DNA of 64,000 bases from Torpedo marmorata (lineage: Eukaryota). The stretch spans positions 40,734,001 through 40,798,000 of the forward strand of contig OZ360232.1 in NCBI GenBank assembly GCA_977017645.1. Direction: 5' to 3'. The notes beneath the pieces were generated by a model, which saw only the letters and a list, made by a program, of their open reading frames with translations, was not told the DNA's origin and did not search any database. A program made the translations under genes and the position numbers. Positions 25,134 to 37,536 of this stretch are shown one piece after another. Within the stretch, counting starts at the first letter, position 1. The number at the start of each line of letters is the position of its first letter.

Positions 25134-26139
25134 CCGTATTTCACTCATATAGCGCGCACACGCAATTAACGCGCACACGCATATAACGCGCGAAAAATCT
25201 GAAATTATGTAAAAAAAGCTCATATAGCGCGCACACGCATATACCGCGTGCGTGTAGTATTAGTCGGTCCTGTCCAGCACCTTCATAATATGCCCTATAA
25301 AAGTCACAAAAATCAAAGCGATACATGCGCAAATAACATTATCAGCCTGTATAGCTATCACCTGTATTCGATCTAGCCTAATCAGCCATAATCTAAAAAT
25401 TTGTATAAAAAGCCCTCACATTTTGTGCTCTGCACATACTACCTTTGAGATCTAGCGTAGTTTTGACAATGCGAGGAATCAAACGCAAATCTTACACCAC
25501 TAATTTCAAACTGTAAGTACCGGTAGTTATGAGAGCAGAAGAAACTGGCAACAGAGCGGCAGCAAGAGAGTTCGAGGTTGGCGAATCATCCATTCGCTAA
25601 TTGACGAAAGAGAAAGATGAGCTTGAGAAGATGAATCCACAAAAACGCGCATGTCGTGGCCCCAAAGCTAAATGGCCCGAGTTAGAGTCTGACTTGAAGG
25701 ACTGGGTTCTTAGTCACAGAGAACAAAATCAGGCTGTATCTACAGTCGCCATTCAGATGAAAGTGAGGCTATTGGCACGTGAAAGAGGAATCCCTGATTT
25801 CAAGGCGGGTTTCCCATGGATATCAAAGTTTACGAAGCGAAACGGATTGTCGGTAAGAATTAGAACAACTGTAGGTCAGTGACTTCCAGACGATTGGGAA
25901 CAAAAGACCATCGATTTTCGCCGCTTCGTCGCCAATAAAATTTACGAACTTAGAATCACATCAGATGTTATATGGTTTTTGACTTCAGCATTTCTTTTCG
26001 ATAATTCCATTCAAGTGATTAAAAAGAAATTTGAACGTAGAACCAGTTGATGCTCAAATAACTTCAATTTTATATTCAACATGTAAAAAAGTTCTGGTAT
26101 AGAGTTAATGTGCGGTGGGTTATATGTGTAAAAATACGG
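25134..26139 (+). mobile_element. Internally deleted pogo-family DNA transposon
   Basis: TIRs CCGTATTTT.AC.CATATA, TA TSDs, and subterminal repeats CATATAGCGCGCACACGCA (25146, 25221). Confidence 0.9.
25469..25970 (+). pseudogene. pogo-like transposase remnant (Brinker-type DBD plus CENP-B HTH); DDE domain absent
   Basis: MRGIKRKSYTTNFKL*...GNRAAAREFEVGESSIR*...WPELESDLKDWV...FKAGFPWISKFTKRNGLSVRIRTTVGQ*LP is in one frame with three stops. Confidence 0.8.
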
Positions 26140-26382
26140 TACCTCACCTCTCAGCTTCCTTCCCTCCAAAGGAAACAAGCCCAGCCTATCCAATCTTTGC
26201 TCAAAACCAAAATCTGCCAATCCAGGCAACATCCTCGTAAAAAGCAATCTGCTGGAAGAACTCAGCACGTCAAACAGCATCAGTGGGAGAGAACGAATGG
26301 CCGTCGTTTCAGGCGGAACCTTTCAGCAGGACTGAGAGTGCATGCAGAGGGGAGGATAGCCAGTATAATATGAGGGCAGGGT

Positions 26383-26825
26383 AGACATAACACACATACA
26401 GACAAACAATACATATGCAGGACAAGTATTCATATATACAAATAAATAAATATTGTTTCGTAAATATGAGAGTCTCGGATGGTTAGTGTGAGCAGTTCCT
26501 TTGGTCGTTCAGCATTCTCACTGCCCGTGGGAAGAAGCTGTTCCTCAGCCTGTTGGTGCTGGCTCTGATCCTCCGTATCTCTTTCCCGACGGGAGCAGCT
26601 GAAAGATGCTATGTGCAGGGTGGAAGGGGTCCTCAATGATTTTGCGCACCCTCTTCAGACAACAATCCCAGTCGATCATGTCGACGGGGGGAGGGAGACT
26701 CGAGTGATCGTCTCTGCCACTCTTATGGTCCTGTGGATTGACCTCCGATCCATTTCTCTGCAGCAACCGTACCACACTGTGATGCAGCCGGCCAGGACGC
26801 TCTCAATAGAGCTCCTAGTTAGGTG
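26383..26825 (-). mobile_element. Rex1/Babar-like LINE 3' fragment
   Basis: KIIEDPFHPAHSIFQLLPSGKRY motif, with a 3' UTR shared with 41205-41715. Confidence 0.8.
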
Positions 26826-27099
26826 ACTAAAACTGCACACAATCCTCCAAATTTAGCCTCACCAATGTGTTATACCACTATTATACATATTTTTGTATTA
26901 GTGCTTGTGACCAATCATTGTTTTTCTATATTGCAATCATGTTTAGGAAGAAATTCTCTGTCTGTGTATCAAAATTGCCTGCTTGTAAAAGGTAAAAATC
27001 AGTGAAGTACATGTTGCTGTGTCAGTTCTTTTGCTCAATCGGTCATTTTATTGGTTTAATTTTATGGATCTCCAGAAGAATCTTAGAGAGTGACACAGA

Positions 27100-27715
27100 T
27101 TCAAGTTCAAGTTCAAGTTTATTATCATCCGATTGCACAAGTACAACCCGACGAAACAGCATTTTCCGGTCCTCAGTGCAAAACAGGCAGACATACATCC
27201 AGACATAACACATATCCTGACAAATGATACATATGCAGTACACATATACATACACAAAAATACATAAATATTGTTTAATAAATAGTAGAATCTTGGAGGG
27301 TTAGTATGAGCAGTTTTTTCAGTTGTTCAGCAGTCTCACTGCTCGCGGGAAAAAGCTGTTTCTCAGCCTAGTGGTTCTGCCTCTGATACTTCTGTATCTC
27401 TTTCCCAACAGAAGTAGCTTAAAGATGCTGTGTGTGAGGTGGTAGCGTTCCTCAATGATTTTGCATGCCCTCCTCAGACTACAATCCTGGTTTGACCACT
27501 GATCCAATGCACCACAGCAACTGTACCACACTATGATGCAGCCGGCCAGGATGCTCTCAATAGGTCTTCTGTAAAAAGATGACAGGATAGTGGCCAGTAG
27601 CCTTGCCTGCCTCAGTCTACTCAGCAAGTGCAGTCACTGTTACGCATTCCTGACAAGTGAGGAGATGTTGTGTGTCCAGGATAGGTCACTTCTTAAGTGG
27701 ACTCCGAGGAACTTT
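27100..27715 (-). mobile_element. Rex1/Babar-like LINE 3' fragment
   Basis: IESILAGCIIVWY...GKRYRSI...RLRNSFFPRAVRLLN and an (AACTTG)n tail. Confidence 0.8.
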
Positions 27716-27807
27716 CAAGACACACTGACACCTGATGTTTAGATTTGGACTTTAGCAATAGGTGAGTGCACACAGAATCCTGGGATGATATAAGTAACAA
27801 AGCAGCG

Positions 27808-28700
27808 TCCTTTGGTGAGGCCACACTTGGAGTATTGTATACATTCCTGGTCTCCACATTACAGGGAAGATGCAGAGGCTTTGGAAATGGTACAGAAGAG
27901 ATTTACCAGGATGTTCCCTGGATTAGAGGGTGTGAGCTATCAGGAGAGGTTGGACAAACTTGGGTTGTTCTCTCTTGTTTGTCAAAATCTACACACAGAG
28001 TGGTAGGTGCCTGCAATGGGCTGCCAGGGGCAATGATGGCAGTAGGTACAATAATAGCATTTAAGAGGCTTTTGAATGGACCCATAAACGTGAAAGATAC
28101 AGAGGGATATGTATCATATCCAGGTAGGAGATTTAGTTCAAGTTGGCATCATGGTTAGCACAGATATCGTAGGCCGAATGGCCTGTTTCAGTGGTGTACT
28201 GTTCTATGTTCTGATGAGGATCCAACTCATTTTACACAATAGTTAACACATCAACATCTCCTTCAACAGATGAAACTGATCAGTTATCCCGTGAATTACA
28301 GTCCCAATTATGCCATATCCCTTTAGAAACATAGAACATAATGGCACAGAAAACAGGCCTTTTGACCCTTCTAGTCTGCCTCAAACTATTATTCTGCCTA
28401 GTCCCACTTACCTACACCCATTCCATAGCCCTCCATACCCCTCTCATCCATGTACCTGTCCGAATTTTTCTTAAATGTTAAAATGGGGCCCACATTCACC
28501 ACTTCAGCTGGCACTTCATTCAACACTCCTACAACTCTCTGTGTGAAGAAATTTCCCCTGATGCTCCCCTTAAACTTTTCCCCTTTCACCCTTAACCTAT
28601 GTCCTCCATTTTGTAACTTCAGTGGAAAAAACCTACTTTCATTTACTCTATCAAAATTTTGTATATCTCTATCAAATCTCCTTTCATTCTTCTATGCTCT
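27808..28700. mobile_element. Two CR1 3' fragments (27808-28213 +, 28325-28700 -)
   Basis: LVRPHLEYC...VQKRFTRM and GNFFTQRVV motifs, with CR1 tails. Confidence 0.8.
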
Positions 28701-29009
28701 AGAAATATACCGACAACTGTTACAATTGACCTTTCCAATTTCCTCTTGAAATTCCAACCCACCCCAATTTTAACGCTTGACCCAAACAGTCTCTCAATCT
28801 TCTTTTAAATGATTAGAAAGCAACCTTGTGTATGATTTGTTATCACACCATCTGAAAATGAAGGATTATTTGGATGGTACTTTCCAGATGAATTTGCACA
28901 AAGACATTAACAATGCAACTGTGTTGAGCTCAAAGGTCTTTTGAAATTATAGTTACCGGTAATAGCCTTCCCTTTGAGGAGACATGCTAATTTTATTCTC
29001 ATTAATTCA

Positions 29010-29755
29010 AAAAATGGAAGTTCACACAAAAATGCTGGAGAAACTCAGCAAGTCATGCAGCGTTCTTTATGTAGCAAATAAAAAGATATATAACCAACGT
29101 TTCGGGCCTGAGCTCTTCATCAAGGTATGAGAAAAAAGCAGGAATGTTGGGGGGAGGGGCAAGGGGAGGAGCACAGGCCCACAGGCAATAGGTGGACATG
29201 TGTGCCAGTGAACAAAAGCTGAGAATTGATAGGGGAAGTGGATAGCTCTCTAAATGCCTGAATACGACTAGGATTGTCTGATCTCGGAAGCTAAGCAGGC
29301 ACAGGACTGGTCAGTACTTGGAGGGGAAACTACCTAGGAACACCAGGAGCTGTAGGTTTCTGTGAGGGGCGCTGGACAAAGTAGCGACTCTCTGTCTGCC
29401 TTACGGTAGACAAACATTAAAGAATTTCATCTATGTTACATTCTAAATGTTGTATTACGTGACAATAATGGAACCTTTAACCTTTTAACCTTTAAATGGA
29501 GGGGAAGGGGGTGGGGAGGTGGATGAAAGGAGACAGAAGGATGGGGAAGAGAGGGAGACAGGGGAGTGGTCTACGGAAACCGGAGAAGTCGATGTGAATG
29601 CAATCCGGTTGGAGAGTGCCCTGACGGAATATTAGGTACTACTTATGGATGGCCTTGGTTTGGCAGTGCATGAAGCCATAGACAGACATGTCGGCGCGGC
29701 AGTGGGGTGCAGAATTGATAAGGTTGGCCACTGGGAAATCCCTGTCACTGATGGA
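29010..29755 (-). mobile_element. Penelope-like 3' fragment/pLTR, host of a 5S-derived SINE
   Basis: Matches 36290-36740, with a hammerhead-like motif at ~29096-29123. Confidence 0.75.
29257..29492 (+). mobile_element. 5S rRNA-derived SINE (SINE3-type) or 5S chimeric retrocopy
   Basis: 29257-29358 aligns to vertebrate 5S rRNA (GTCTGATCTCGGAAGCTAAGCAGG...TGGTCAGTACTTGGA...GCTGTAGG). It is followed by a LINE-type tail ending GACAATAA plus (AACCTTT)n. The TSD TAAATG is at 29251-29256 and 29493-29498. Confidence 0.85.
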
Positions 29756-30276
29756 ATGGAAGATGTTTTCCATCAAGCCACATGTGACCATATCGGATCT
29801 TATTACATTAGTGGCTTCACAGGTCCTACATAATCTGGAGAATATCTGATACAGGCTAAATGTTCACAGTGCCTATTGTAAAAAATGGAAATGAAGCATT
29901 GTTTCTGAGATGTGGTAGGTTGGTTGGCACAACAATCTTTTTCTTTTATCCCCCTTTTGAGCGAAAATTACTTTTGAGGTGATGAGAAAGTGATGTTGAT
30001 AACACATAGCAATGAACCCTTGGATCATTTCACAGTTCAGATTCAGATTCAGATTTCAGATTTATTGTCAGAGTACATACATAACATCACATACAACCCT
30101 GAGATTCTATTTTCTGCGGGAGAGGCAGAATTACCATTTATTGGTAGTGCAAAACAAATCGATCTGGACAATGAGACTTCAAAACAAGGTGACGAGTTAT
30201 TGCCCGAGATCAGGCATTTTGCAGTTCTTATCCATCGAAGGGATGTTAACATCAGTTGTGCAACTTTATTTCTTTT

Positions 30277-30718
30277 TAAATTTAGACATACAACACGGTA
30301 ACAAGCTCTTCTGGCTCATGGGTCCGTGCTGCTCAAGTACACCCATGTGGCCAATTAACCGACCAATGACCCGGGTTCGAATCCAACGCTGTCCGTAAGG
30401 AGTTTGTATGTTCCCCCCGTGTCTGCGTGGGTTTCCTCCCTATGCTCCAGTTTCCTCCCACCCTCCAAAATGTACAGGGGTTGCAGGTTAATTGGGGTAT
30501 TTGGGCGGCATGGGTAATGGGCCGGAAGAGTCTGTTGCTGTGCTGTGTGTCTAAATTTAACATTTAAGTACCCTGTATGCATTTGGAATGTGGGAAGAAA
30601 CTGGAGCACCCAGGAAAAAATGAGGAAAACATACAAACTCCATACAGAGAACACCAGATCTGAACCCAGATCACTGGCGCTGTAATGGTGTTGCGCCAAC
30701 CGCTATGCTAACGGTGTT
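30277..30718. mobile_element. Plus-strand tRNA SINE (~30366-30560) nested in a minus-strand SINE
   Basis: A minus-strand tail (30277-30365) and head (30568-30718) flank an opposite-orientation copy. Confidence 0.75.
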
Positions 30719-30898
30719 TCTGGGCAATCGAAGAGCAAGTGGGTCTGGAGTTACTCGAATGAACCAGATGGGCTTTTAATGAGGATTACCACTGCTGGTC
30801 GCCAATGCTGATTCCAAGGATTTTTTTTTTATTAACTGAACATGTCCTATCTGTAATACTGGCTTTCAACCTACGGTTCATTGCTGTGGGTTACTAGT

Positions 30899-31812
30899 TG
30901 TTGTGAGTGAGGAAACAGGTTTGGTGGGTCTCAAAGGCAAGTACTCTAGACACACAGTTTTGGTAGTAAGGGATTTTATTTACAGAAGGCAAAACCTGGG
31001 GGAATGTCAGTAGAGGCAACACACACTCACACATGCACAATTTACAGCAGCCGTGGGAAAATAGAAGCGGCAATGGAACAACACGCACAATTTAATAGTG
31101 ATCGTGGGAAAAGTCGGGACGGCAATAAGCAACGCGCACAGTTTACTGGCGATCGTGGGAAAATCGCGTGGGAACAAAGTACACACACACATACAACCAA
31201 CTGGGTACATACAATAATCAAGGGAAAATCAATACGATGCCCCACGACCCCTTGACTCAGTGCAGGCTACTTAGGGACACTAATTAAACACTCCCTACCC
31301 TTTTAAACAGTGCACATCTTACCAACAATTTCTCCAGCGCCCTTCCACGGTTCTAGGCCTGGAGTGAAGCAGGGTGGCCCTAAGCTGACAAAGAGGGAGG
31401 ACAAAGAATACGTGTCACCTTTATAGTGCTGGAGGGTCCAGCCCAGGTCGTTAGCAGGGGGCCAATGGCTTGGTGCCAGGAAGGTTAATCCAATTACAAA
31501 GGCCAATGGCCCAAGGCTAAGTACAAAGGGATTTAAATTGGCCAATGGCAAGGNNNNNNNNNNNNNNNNNNNNNNNNNNNNNNNNNNNNNNNNNNNNNNN
31601 NNNNNNNNNNNNNNNNNNNNNNNNNNNNNNNNNNNNNNNNNNNNNNNNNNNNNNNNNNNNNNNNNNNNNNNNNNNNNNNNNNNNNNNNNNNNNNNNNNNN
31701 NNNNNNNNNNNNNNNNNNNNNNNNNNNNNNNNNNNNNNNNNNNNGGTGGTGTGTCCTCCGATTAGGTAGGGGTCAGTGCTGTCACGTGACAGCCACGACC
31801 CTTCCCAATACA
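30899..31812 (-). mobile_element. LTR element (solo LTR or collapsed element) spanning an assembly gap
   Basis: TG...CA termini (TGTTGTG / CAATACA) and a 5-bp TSD CTAGT (30894-30898 / 31813-31817). AATAAA and TATAAA are on the minus strand. Ns run 31554-31744. Confidence 0.8.
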
Positions 31813-32064
31813 CTAGTCCAGGAACATTACCACTATGCTGCTCTCTCCAGGTGCTAGAAGGACAACTGTGAGTTGTCTCTCACTCTTGCAACCATCCCAC
31901 TCTCTGGAGTGTATGAACATGGAGCTTGACGAAGTTTGTGACACTTTGTTTTATTTATTTGTTCACCTGTTATTACATTACCAACCATATGAGTGGACTT
32001 GCCTGAATAGCATGCAAACTTTTTACACAAATGATAATCAGTTTATTGTTACACACATTATACA

Positions 32065-32910
32065 ATACACATTTGCACCACAAATTGGAGGAACAACACC
32101 TTATATTCAGCCTCGCAGTCTCCAACCAGACAAATAAGCATCAACTTCAATTTCTGTTAACCCCATCCCCATTCTCTCTCACTATCTGTCTCCTTTCCTT
32201 CTGCTTCCCACCCCCTTCCCTTCCTCCTATCAGAGAGCTACCCTTGGCCTACTCTCCCTATCACCTCAACTTCCTTCTCTTCTACCTTCCCACCTGTATC
32301 CACCTATGACTCTTACGTTAGACTGTGCTCCTCCTCCTGCCCCTTCCTCCCTCCTCTCCTCTTCTCCTTTCCCTCCCAACATCACATCCGTAACCCTCTA
32401 TTTTTCTTACATCCATCGAAGAGTCTTTTGAATTTCCCTATTGTACCAGCCTCCACTACCACCTCCGGCAATGCATTCCAGGCACCCACCACTCTTTGAG
32501 TAAACAACTTATCTCTGACATCTCCCCTAAACTTTCCTCCACTCCCCTAAAACAGATGTCTTTGGTATTTGCTCTTGTTGCCCCAGGAAAAAGATGCTGG
32601 TCCAAGCCTCTCATAATCTTCTACACCTCTATTAAGTCACCTCTTGTCTTTTGTTGCTCCAAAGAGAAAAGCCCTGTCAACCTTACTTCGTATGACATGT
32701 TCTCCCATCCAGGCAACATCCTGGTAAATCCCCTCTTAACACTTTCCAAAGCATCTGCATCCTTTTTGTCATGAGTCAAGCAGAAATGAATGCAATACTC
32801 CAAGTGTGGTCTAACCAGAGTATTAAAGATCTGCAATATCACCTCACAACTCTTGAACTCAATCCCTCGACTAATGAAGGCTAACACACCATCCGCCTTC
32901 TTTACCCTAT
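32065..32910. mobile_element. Penelope 3' fragment (+, ~32065-32380) followed by a CR1 fragment (-)
   Basis: KLEEQHLIF motif, and LVRPHLEYC...FTRMLPG...RGDLIEV. Confidence 0.75.
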
Positions 32911-33061
32911 AAACATATGTGGTAAATTGTGGGAATGCATACTTCCTGTTAAAATCTCTGCACAGGGCCACACAGGGAATAATAATTGAATGTGTCCAGT
33001 CTATTCCACTAAAACAAGAACACATCAGAACTGCAAAAATATAAATCCGAAGTAATGATTA

Positions 33062-33288
33062 ACATAGCAGTTAGTGTGAATTTATTGCAGCACCAGCAAC
33101 CCAGATTCGATCCAGCGCTGTCTGTAAGGAGTTTGTACATTCTCCCCATGCCTGCATGGGTTTCCTCCAGGTGCTCTAGTTTTCTCCCACCCTCCAAAGC
33201 ATACGGGATTGTAGGTTAATTAAATATAATTGGGCTGATTGGGTTTCATGGGCCGAAAAGGCCTTCTACCGCAATGTATCGTTAAAAA
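33062..33288 (+). mobile_element. tRNA-derived SINE copy
   Basis: Family body GCTGTCTGTAAGGAGTTTG...GGTTTCCTCCAGGTGCTC. Confidence 0.8.
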
Positions 33289-33737
33289 CCTCGCTATAAA
33301 GAAAAACAAAACTGGTTTTCTTCCACACAGATTTAAAAATTAAAACTGCAGCCAGCAGAAAACAAGATAAAAAATATATAAGCAAAATAAATTGAAAGAC
33401 AATAGTGAAAGAAAAGGCAGAATTAAAACAAGTTTCAAATTCAAACTTAAGTTTAAGTCATTGATGTATGCATAAACTACAATTTTCAGATGCAATCAAA
33501 GTTTTACTTTTTGCAGCTTCTCTGGTACATAAAACACACAATGTACAAGAAGAGAATTAATATAAAAGGAAAAAAAAACAGTAAATAATAATAAATCTTC
33601 ACATTGGTCATAGTGTAAAAACAAATTTGAAATTACAATCAGCATCTGAGCACAATCACATTAACTTTTATTAAACTTATTATTTTATTAAAATATGTTA
33701 AAATACAATATAGTGCAAATCCAAGATTTCTGATTTA

Positions 33738-34068
33738 GTTCAAGGTTCAAGGTCAAGGTTCAAGGTTCTAGGTTCCTTTTCTTGTCACGTAATAATACAT
33801 TAAAAGTGTAACATACTTTAACTTTTGCTTGCCGTAAGGAGGACTAAGAGTCACCATGAGCATTGCCCGGCTCCCCTCACAGTAAGAGAGAGAGAAGCAA
33901 AAGAGAGACCCTTCAGAGTCACTGAGTGTCCGTGGATTCGCCTCCAGCTCCCCTGCAGCCTCTGCAGCCGCACAGAATCCTGTTCGATCCATCAGCAACC
34001 CGAGCTCCAGATCCAAACCCCCGACACGATCAGGAAGCCTTCAGCGTCCGAGGCCATTTGGGAACCCT
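33738..34068 (-). mobile_element. GC-rich retroelement 3' portion with (AACCTTG)n tail variant
   Basis: Matches 52350-52620, but the tail microsatellite differs. Confidence 0.7.
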
Positions 34069-34764
34069 TAAAATTGTTCCTACTTACTCCTTCATAATTT
34101 AGGGTTAATATTGACTCTAGAAGGAATTGTTTTGATTGAATTTATTGCTGTTTTGTTAATTGGCGCATCAGTGTTTTTGTGTCTGAGGCTAAAACCATTT
34201 AACATAGGGAAATAGTTATTTCCCTGGTTCTCTCTGAATAATAAATGAATTGACACATCGTGAAATCACCATGATCTGTGCTATATTGTATTAGTTTTGT
34301 GTGCATGAATCAGCTGGGTTTAATCTCTTAATTCATTGTGGAAGAAACATTTCAAGTTTTGGAAAATAAATTGATGTGATTTTTTCCCCTGCTTAATTTA
34401 ATTGTTACTTTCTTTACAAGAATGTTGTGTATTGTGCTGACATATTATCACTTTAATTTCAGTGGAAATCATGTAATTTGCAAACAAGTATATGTGAAAC
34501 TTGATGCTGTGATCATCTAGTTAGATGCTGAAGTCAGAACTATGTATTTCTTGCAATTAGAGTGTATCACTTTGAAATTATTTTAACAAAAATCATTTGC
34601 ATTAATTGTGGCATAAAAAAAATTACTTCTTTCATTCTGCTGAATGGTTTGGATCCAATGTTTTGTGAAGATACTGAGCAACTGACCTAAGTTATCAACA
34701 TTACACTCAGTACTTTTTGAGGTGACAGAAATAGATAGCATTTAACAATGCAGAAAGACGGCCT

Positions 34765-35240
34765 TTGCTCCAACATGTCTCTTCTGCCTACGTGATCCCA
34801 CCACCAGAGACATCTCCTCCCATCTCCGCCTTTCCACGGATTACTCGCTCCGTGACTTCCTCATTAACTCCTCCCTCCCCAATCGCCTCCTTGGCACCTA
34901 AACCTGTGACCACATTAGATGCTCCATTTGCACCCACACCTCCTCCCTCACCAACATTCGGAGCCATAAACAGTCCTTCCAGGTGAAGCAACACTTCACT
35001 TGTGAATCTGCAGGGGTAATCTACTGCATCCGGTACTCTCGTTATGGTCTCCTCTACATCGAAGAGTCTGGCCACAGACTGGGAGATCGCTTCGTTGAGC
35101 ACCTCAGCTCTGTCCATGGGCTTCTATGCTTTGGCATTTCAAATGCTTGTCCTGGTACTTCCCCTTCCTCCCTCCTCTGCTCTCTTCCTCCCCCCACCTT
35201 TTTATTCAGGCCAACTATTCCAACCCCCTCCATTGGACTG
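34765..35240 (+). mobile_element. Penelope-like GIY-YIG endonuclease fragment
   Basis: FTCESAGVIYCIRYSRYGLLYIEESGHRLGDRFVEH. Confidence 0.85.
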
Positions 35241-37536
35241 TTGTTAATCAACCGACAGTGAGTTGAGTTGTGGCAGATGAAGAAATGTTTTGCCAATGAG
35301 GTAGCTCATTAGCGAATCACACAGGAGACTGCAGATGCTGGAATCGAAATCTTGATAAAGGGTTTCAGCTGAAACATCGACATTTCTCTTCCACTGATCA
35401 TGCTCGACTTATTGAGTTCGTCAGGCAGATTGTTTGTAGCTCGTTAAGGAGGTTCTTAAAGGAGAGGAACATTTTGAGAAAGATTGTTGTCAGGTGCCAT
35501 GGAAATAAAAGTAATCTTTTCATGTTGCCTGTAGTAGTGAAATAGGCCATTCTGCCCAACTAGTCCATGCTAGTTCTCCATATGTGCCTCACTCATCCTG
35601 TATCATCTGACCTTAGTATGACCGTGAGTATCCTTTTCGGCTTAATTTTGAGTGTCATTATGTTTTCCACCACACGAGCTGGTGTGGCAGTGTACTCCAC
35701 ATTCAATCCAGCCCCAAGTGGTGTTGACACTCTTACATGTGGCCGATTCATTGTTCCTTTACAGAATCTTTAACAAAGAGGTTCTGGGGTGAGGTCCCAA
35801 TCAGAAGTTTACTCTCCCAAGGAATGAATGACTCAGACTTTTCTTTAGCCAGTTCCCTTTATTTGATACAGAGGCCTGTGGGAGGTTTGTAACCTCTGTA
35901 GAGGATCAAGGAGCTCCCAAATATAAAAATGCATGGGTTTAATTCTCCAATGCTATCTGACATTAACCAATCTCAAAACAGTCACCTCCTAGACTGCAAG
36001 CATTATTCCATCAGCATTAAGTAACGCAATGTCCATCTACATGATACACCATTTTGTGGACCAATCACGCAAATGTGTCCCACTCCCCTCAGGTATTTTT
36101 ATAGTTTCGAGTCTTGTAATTCTTATAAATCACATGATTCCAGAGAGAAACGGGACTGTTGGAAATTTATCAGCCAGGCTGTTGTTATCAAGCAACTCAC
36201 ATTCTGGAGCCTCTCGCTGTCCATGATCAGGGCTCGGGGAATTTCGGCTTGGCTGTCGTTGCCAGGCAAAACACATCCTGGTTAAAACAGCGAAATGCTG
36301 GTGGAACTCAGCTGGTCTAATCAGCATCTAAAGGAGTCAAAGATATATTGCTGACGTTTCGGGCCTGAGCCCTTCTTCAAGGAAAAATCATAAAAGGCAG
36401 AAGCAGGATATATCAGAAAGTCTCAGAATTCAAACAATGGGGGAGGAATCCAGACCAACAAAAGGCGTTCAAAAAAAGGGTTGGACTAGGTAGAATTTAT
36501 CATGTCTGTGCGAAAGGAGACAGGGAATGGAGAGGCGACAGGGGAGGCAGGGGGTGGGGTTTAATGAAAGCCAGAGAAGTCAATATTAATGCCATCCAGT
36601 TGGAGGGTGCCCAGTCAGATGAGGTGTTATTCCTCCAATTTACGGGTGATCTCAGTCTGGCAGTACATGAGACCATGGACAGACATGTCAGCAAAGGAAT
36701 GGGATCGAGAATTGAAATGGGTAGCCACTGGGAGATCCACGCTATTGCGGCTGACAGAGCTGAGGTGCTCAACAAAGCGATCTCCCAGTCTGCGTCCAGT
36801 CTCTCCGATGTAGAGGAGACCACAGCGGGAGCACCGGATGCAGTAGATGACCCCTACAGATTCACAAGTGAAATGTTGCTTCACTTGGAAGGACTGCTTG
36901 GGGCCCCGGATAATGCTGAGAGAGGAGGTGTGGGCGCAGGTGGAGCATCTCCTGCGGTCACAGGGGTAGGTCCCAAGGGGACGATTGGTGGTGCGGAAGG
37001 CGGAGAGGGGAAGAGACGGGAATATATGTCTAGTGGCGGGATCACAGAACTTGTCCTCACCCTCAATAATTTCTCCTTTGACTCATCGCACTTTCTCCAG
37101 GTTAAAGGGGTAACCATGAGTACCCGCATGGGCCCCAGCTATGCCTGCCTTTTTGTTGGCTACGTGGAGCAATCCATGCTACAGGCCTACACAGGGAAGG
37201 GCCCTTAACTCTTTCTCCGCTACATCGATGACTACTTTGGTGCTGCCTCATGTACTCATGATGAGCTCGTTGACTTCATCCACTTTGCTGCCAACTTCAA
37301 TCCCGACCTCAAATTCACTTGGTCCATCTCTGGCAACACTCTCCCTTTCCTCGATCTCTCTGTCTCCATCTCAGGAGACAAACTCTCGACAAACATCTTC
37401 TATAAACCCAGCTTCCACAGCTACATTGACTGCACCTCTTCTTACCCTGTCGCCTGTAAGGATTCCATTCCATTCTCTCAATTCCTCTGTCTCCATCACA
37501 TCTGCACCCAGGATGAGGACTTCATGCCAGATCATC

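Noticed and set aside
25601-25882. Domesticated POGK/TIGD host gene
   Set aside because: It has in-frame stops, lacks the DDE domain and is enclosed by TIRs with TA TSDs.
29257-29358. Functional 5S rRNA gene
   Set aside because: The 5' end is missing, there are many substitutions, it is fused to a retroelement tail with a TSD, and it is not in a tandem array.
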